Source: a virus
Virus record (IMG/VR): IMGVR_UViG_3300021255_000309
Length of the DNA: 37,750 bases
Reading direction: 5' to 3' (one strand)
The notes under the pieces are model-generated. The model made no database searches. It was not told the origin of the DNA and saw only the letters and a program-made list of their open reading frames with translations. Every line of letters starts with the position of its first letter. The first letter of the stretch is position 1. The position numbers were made by a program, and so were the translations under genes. Positions 34,462 through 37,750 of this stretch are shown piece by piece.

Positions 34462-34713
34462 GTTGTCACCCGGAGGAGGTTGTCACCCAAGCTGATGACG
34501 GTGAAGGGGTGACAACCGAAAGTTGTCACCGAGGTTGTCACCGAAGTTGTCACCCTTAAAAAACCGCATAAAACAAGGGCGCAGAGCGTGTGGGTGACAA
34601 CTTGACAACTGTTTTTTATATAACATTTGTTTTAACCCTATAAACGCGCATATTTGAGCGCCCGCGGGCGAATACGCGTATATGATGAGCAAAAATTTTT
34701 GAGGTTGTCACCC
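34446..34713. repeat. Iteron array (GTTGTCACC in 9 full copies plus 1 partial) with an AT-rich tract and GC palindromes; candidate replication origin
   Basis: Direct copies start at 34446, 34462, 34479, 34522, 34534, 34546 and 34704. Inverted GGTGACAAC copies are at 34508 and 34593, with a partial copy at 34603. AT-rich tract at 34611-34645. Palindromes cgcccgcgggcg (34659-34670) and atacgcgtat (34672-34681). Confidence 0.7.
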
Positions 34714-34726
34714 TAAGGAGGAAACA

Positions 34727-35041
34727 ATGCGAGAAAGAGACATAGAAAAATGGCTCCGGCGGCAGATCGAGAGCATGGGAGGGCTGGCCTTCAAGTTTTC
34801 GAGCCCTGGGAACGACGGAGTCCCGGATCGTCTGGCTGTACTGCCTGGTGGGATCATCTACTTCATCGAGTTGAAGACTGACAGGGGGCGGCTGTCGCCG
34901 ATCCAGAGATGGCAACAGGACAGACTTGACGCCCTGGGCGCACAGGTCAGAACGATCAAGGGCATGGACGGGGCCGCGGAGTTCATAAAGGAGGCACGGG
35001 ATGCAATTCAAAGCACACGACTATCAGAAAAGGGCCATTGA
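34727..35041 (+). CDS. VRR-NUC domain nuclease
   Basis: GVPDRLAVLPGGIIYFIELKTDRGRLSPIQ matches the VRR-NUC PD...(D/E)xK core. Confidence 0.75.
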   Translation: MRERDIEKWLRRQIESMGGLAFKFSSPGNDGVPDRLAVLPGGIIYFIELKTDRGRLSPIQRWQQDRLDALGAQVRTIKGMDGAAEFIKEARDAIQSTRLSEKGH

Positions 35042-36356
35042 TCTGGTGGTGAAGCTCCCGAAGATCGGCCTGTTCTTAGACATGGGACTCGGCAAGACGG
35101 TCATCACGATGACAGCAGTCCAGGAGCTCATGTATGACCGGTTCGAGGTCTCCAAGGTGCTGGTGATAGCACCGAAGAGAGTGGCCGAGGACACATGGAC
35201 GAGGGAGCACGCAAAGTGGGACCACCTCCGGGATCTTCGGATCAGCAAGGTCATCGGAACAGCACCACAGAGATGCAAGGCGCTGGAGCAGGACGCTGAC
35301 ATCTATGTGATCGGCAGGGACAGCGTCGTCTGGCTGGTGGAGCATTTCCAGAAGACCGGCTGGCCGTTCGACATGGTTGTGATCGATGAGCTCTCGAGCT
35401 TCAAGAACCCACAGGCGAAGAGGTTCCGGGCACTCCGGAAGGTCATGCCGCACGTGTCGAGAGTGGTGGGCCTGACCGGAACACCAAGCCCCAACGGGCT
35501 GATGGATCTCTGGGCTGAGGTCTATCTCCTGGACCGGGGCGAGAGACTGGGGCCGACACTTGGATCCTACCGGGAGAAGTACTTCCGGCCCGGAGCAAGG
35601 AACGGCTACATCGTCTACAGGTGGGAGCCCTACAGCTACAGCCAGAAGGAGATCGAGAAAAAGATCAGCGACATCTGCATCAGCATGAGCGCGGACGATT
35701 ATCTGACAATGCCGAAGAGGATCGACAACGTCATCCCGGTGCAGCTGTCAGATCAGGAGATGGAAACCTACAACCGGATGGAGCAGGAGCAGCTTCTCGT
35801 CCTGGAGGATGAGGATGATGCAGTCGTAGCCCTAAACGCTGCGGCGGTGATGACGAAGCTCTTGCAGATCGCGAACGGTTCCGTCTATACAGCAGGGCAC
35901 GACGTCCTTCGGATCCATGACGCGAAGCTCGAAGCCCTGGAGGAGATCATCGACACGACCGGGGAGCCGGTGCTGGTCTTCTACAGCTACAAGCACGACC
36001 TCGAAGCGATCCAGAAGAAGATCAAGGGAGCGAGGATCCTCGAGGGGCCCGACGACATCGCGGACTGGAATGACGGCAAGGTGCAGGTGCTCTTAGCACA
36101 TCCCGCAAGCGTCGGCTATGGCCTCAACCTACAGGACGGTGGCCACGTGATCGTATGGTACGGCCTCACCTGGAGCCTGGAGCTCTACCAGCAGGCCAAC
36201 GCCAGACTATACAGACAGGGGCAGGAGAAGCCGGTGATCATCCACCATCTGATCGCATCCGGAACGGTGGACGAGGAAGTCATGGATGCACTACAGCACA
36301 AGGACATGAGCCAGGCGGCACTCCTGGCAGCGTTAAAAGAGAGGAGAACAAGATGA
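35001..36356 (+). CDS. SNF2-family helicase
   Basis: Motif I DMGLGKT, motif II VIDELSSFKN, motif III LTGTPSPN. C-terminal helicase motifs QANARLYRQGQ. Confidence 0.9.
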   Translation: MQFKAHDYQKRAIDLVVKLPKIGLFLDMGLGKTVITMTAVQELMYDRFEVSKVLVIAPKRVAEDTWTREHAKWDHLRDLRISKVIGTAPQRCKALEQDADIYVIGRDSVVWLVEHFQKTGWPFDMVVIDELSSFKNPQAKRFRALRKVMPHVSRVVGLTGTPSPNGLMDLWAEVYLLDRGERLGPTLGSYREKYFRPGARNGYIVYRWEPYSYSQKEIEKKISDICISMSADDYLTMPKRIDNVIPVQLSDQEMETYNRMEQEQLLVLEDEDDAVVALNAAAVMTKLLQIANGSVYTAGHDVLRIHDAKLEALEEIIDTTGEPVLVFYSYKHDLEAIQKKIKGARILEGPDDIADWNDGKVQVLLAHPASVGYGLNLQDGGHVIVWYGLTWSLELYQQANARLYRQGQEKPVIIHHLIASGTVDEEVMDALQHKDMSQAALLAALKERRTR

Positions 36357-36685
36357 GGATATACATCAGCGGCCCGATCACGGGCATCCCGAACTACAGG
36401 AAGAACTTCCAGGAGGCAGTGGCCAACCTTCGCTGGCGTGGCTATGACAATCTGATCAACCCGGCCGAGATCTGCGAGGTGCTGCCTCCGGAGTTCACGA
36501 CATACGAGGAGTACATGAACGTGGCGATGGAGCTCTTGCAGATGGCTGACGCGGTCGTTCTTCTCCCAGGCTGGGAGAAGTCAACGGGATGCAACAGGGA
36601 GCTGGGCTATGCAATGGCGACCGACAAGCTGATTTTAGACTATGCGACAATACTGGAGGGAGGGGTTCAAGATGGAGCTATCTGA
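36353..36685 (+). CDS. DUF4406-like protein (nucleoside deoxyribosyltransferase-like fold)
   Basis: ATG at 36353 overlaps the SNF2 stop. MRIYISGPITGIPNYRKNF...INPAE. Confidence 0.55.
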   Translation: MRIYISGPITGIPNYRKNFQEAVANLRWRGYDNLINPAEICEVLPPEFTTYEEYMNVAMELLQMADAVVLLPGWEKSTGCNRELGYAMATDKLILDYATILEGGVQDGAI

Positions 36686-37085
36686 GACTTTTGACTATCT
36701 GATGCAGATCCGGAAGAAGGAGAACGCCATCAGACGCATGACGTTGAGGTGTGAGGAGCTGAGGAGCTGCCTGCTGCCGGGTGCGATCAGATACGACAAG
36801 GACAGGGTGCAGACGTCACCACAGGACAAGGTCAGCGAGATCATCGCAAAAGTGGACGAGCTGGAGAGGTTGATCGAGGACCTGAGGACGGAGAAGGCGA
36901 TGCTGGTCATCGAGATCGGGGACGCGGTGGAGCTTCTGACAGATGACAACGAGAAGACCGTGCTGGCTGAGTTCTACATCGGCAGGGTGCCGATGAGCAA
37001 GGTGGCCAGCGACATCAACTACAGCATCCAGCACGCGTACAGGCTAAGGAAGAGAGGCGTCCAGCATCTCGGGGAGGTGCTCTGA
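36672..37085 (+). CDS. Sigma-70 region-4-like late transcription regulator (RinA/ArpU/DUF1492-type, putative)
   Basis: ATG at 36672 after GGAGGGG. C-terminal HTH EKTVLAEFYIGRVPMSKVASDINYSIQHAYRLRKRGVQHL. Sits at the end of the early region, before the packaging genes. Confidence 0.5.
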   Translation: MELSETFDYLMQIRKKENAIRRMTLRCEELRSCLLPGAIRYDKDRVQTSPQDKVSEIIAKVDELERLIEDLRTEKAMLVIEIGDAVELLTDDNEKTVLAEFYIGRVPMSKVASDINYSIQHAYRLRKRGVQHLGEVL

Positions 37086-37750
37086 TGGAAAAGTTCAAAC
37101 TATACCGGGGCGACTGCCTTGAAATGATCAAGAACATCGAACCGGCGAGCATCGACCTCGTCCTGGCGGATCCTCCGTACTCTTCCGGAGGGACTCATGC
37201 AGGAGACAGGAAGGCGAGCACCACGGCAAAGTACACCGACAGCGACTTCAACGGAGCGGCCAAGCTCCCGCCCTTTTCCGGTGATAATATGGACCAGAGG
37301 AGCTTCACGGCCTTCATGAGATGGGTGTGCAGCGAACTCCGTCAGAAAACGAAGGAGGGGGGGATCCTCGAGATGTTCGTGGACTGGAGAAACCTCCCCG
37401 CCATGACGGATGCAGTGCAGATGGCCGGATGGGTGTGGAGAGGCATCTGCGTCTGGGACAAGGGCATCAGCAGAAACCAGCCTGGGCGCTTCCGTAACGA
37501 CTGCGAGTACGTCGTGTGGGCGTCAAACGGTGACATGCCGATCGACTGGGAAAAGGCAAAGGGCACCAAGGCCATGCCGGGAGTGTATCGGGTACCGATC
37601 GTGGCCCCGAAGCAGAGACAGCATCAGACAGAGAAGCCCGTGGAGCTCTTAGAGGGGCTTCTTGCGATAGCACCACCAGACGGCATCGTCCTGGATGCTT
37701 TCATGGGATCCGGCAGCACCGGAGTGGCCTGCATGAACACCGGCAGGAGG
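37085..37750 (+). CDS. DNA methyltransferase (N6-adenine/N4-cytosine, DPPY class), N-terminal part; continues at 1..197
   Basis: ATG at 37085 overlaps the previous TGA. IDLVLADPPYSSGG is catalytic motif IV and FMGSGST is motif I, which lies further toward the C-terminus. There is no stop before the window end, and the frame continues at nt 1. Confidence 0.85.
   Translation, partial: MEKFKLYRGDCLEMIKNIEPASIDLVLADPPYSSGGTHAGDRKASTTAKYTDSDFNGAAKLPPFSGDNMDQRSFTAFMRWVCSELRQKTKEGGILEMFVDWRNLPAMTDAVQMAGWVWRGICVWDKGISRNQPGRFRNDCEYVVWASNGDMPIDWEKAKGTKAMPGVYRVPIVAPKQRQHQTEKPVELLEGLLAIAPPDGIVLDAFMGSGSTGVACMNTGRR
37644..37750 (+). repeat. Terminal overlap copy 2 (identical to 1-107)
   Basis: Direct comparison of the window ends. 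Confidence 0.95.

Larger units (their letters stand above)
1..37750. mobile_element. Complete temperate tailed-phage (siphovirus-type) genome, circularly closed contig, unique length 37,643 bp
   Basis: Contiguous packaging, head, tail, lysis, lysogeny and replication modules. The ends overlap by 107 identical nt, and one ORF (the methyltransferase) reads across the junction. Confidence 0.85.

Noticed and set aside
34446-34713. Possibility that the short repeat cluster is a CRISPR array.
   Set aside because: The repeats are only 9-10 bp and occur in both orientations. Spacing is irregular at 12-17 bp or longer, and there are no cas genes. The pattern fits iterons.
1-37750. tRNA, rRNA, transposase or toxin-antitoxin genes.
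   Set aside because: None was recognised by eye in the intergenic regions, which are all short. A tRNAscan or Infernal run would be needed to exclude small RNAs formally.

Overview
The window is a complete, circularly closed genome of a temperate siphovirus-type phage. Nt 1-107 are identical to nt 37644-37750, so the unique length is 37,643 bp. GGAGG-type ribosome-binding sites and the gene families present suggest a Gram-positive, Clostridia-like host. All genes are on the + strand except the lysogeny pair.

Gene order:
- Packaging: terS, terL.
- Head: portal, MuF-like protein, a phage-encoded Prp protease, scaffold, HK97-fold capsid.
- Connectors and tail: major tail protein, chaperones, a 1031-aa tape measure, Dit, Tal-like protein, and baseplate/fibre proteins.
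- A diversity-generating retroelement (DGR).
- Lysis: XkdX-like protein, three membrane proteins, and a GH25-SH3 endolysin.
- Lysogeny, on the - strand: a large serine integrase and an XRE repressor.
- Early genes and the replication/recombination module: DUF2800 nuclease, DUF2815 ssDNA-binding protein, PolA, VirE-type primase/helicase, VRR-NUC, SNF2 helicase.
- A sigma-like late regulator and a DPPY DNA methyltransferase that spans the contig junction.

The main result is the DGR. One template repeat (18365-18456) sits beside a DGR-type reverse transcriptase. It matches two variable repeats, and every mismatch falls on a template adenine.
- VR1 ends the tail-fibre gene (17567-17658).
- VR2 lies about 13 kb away (31343-31430). 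It ends a small stand-alone protein with no signal peptide, located between the DNA polymerase and primase genes.
- Both VRs are followed by the same 29-nt GC-hairpin element. The TR lacks it.

Other points of interest:
- A phage Prp protease with three structural proteins that carry an N-terminal FNLQLF/D motif.
- A GTTGTCACC iteron array that looks like an origin.
- Two perfect tandem DnaA boxes.
- An in-frame hydrophobic extension after the endolysin stop codon.
- A candidate attP.
- Marked local GATC enrichment.

All family assignments come from motif recognition by eye. No searches were run.
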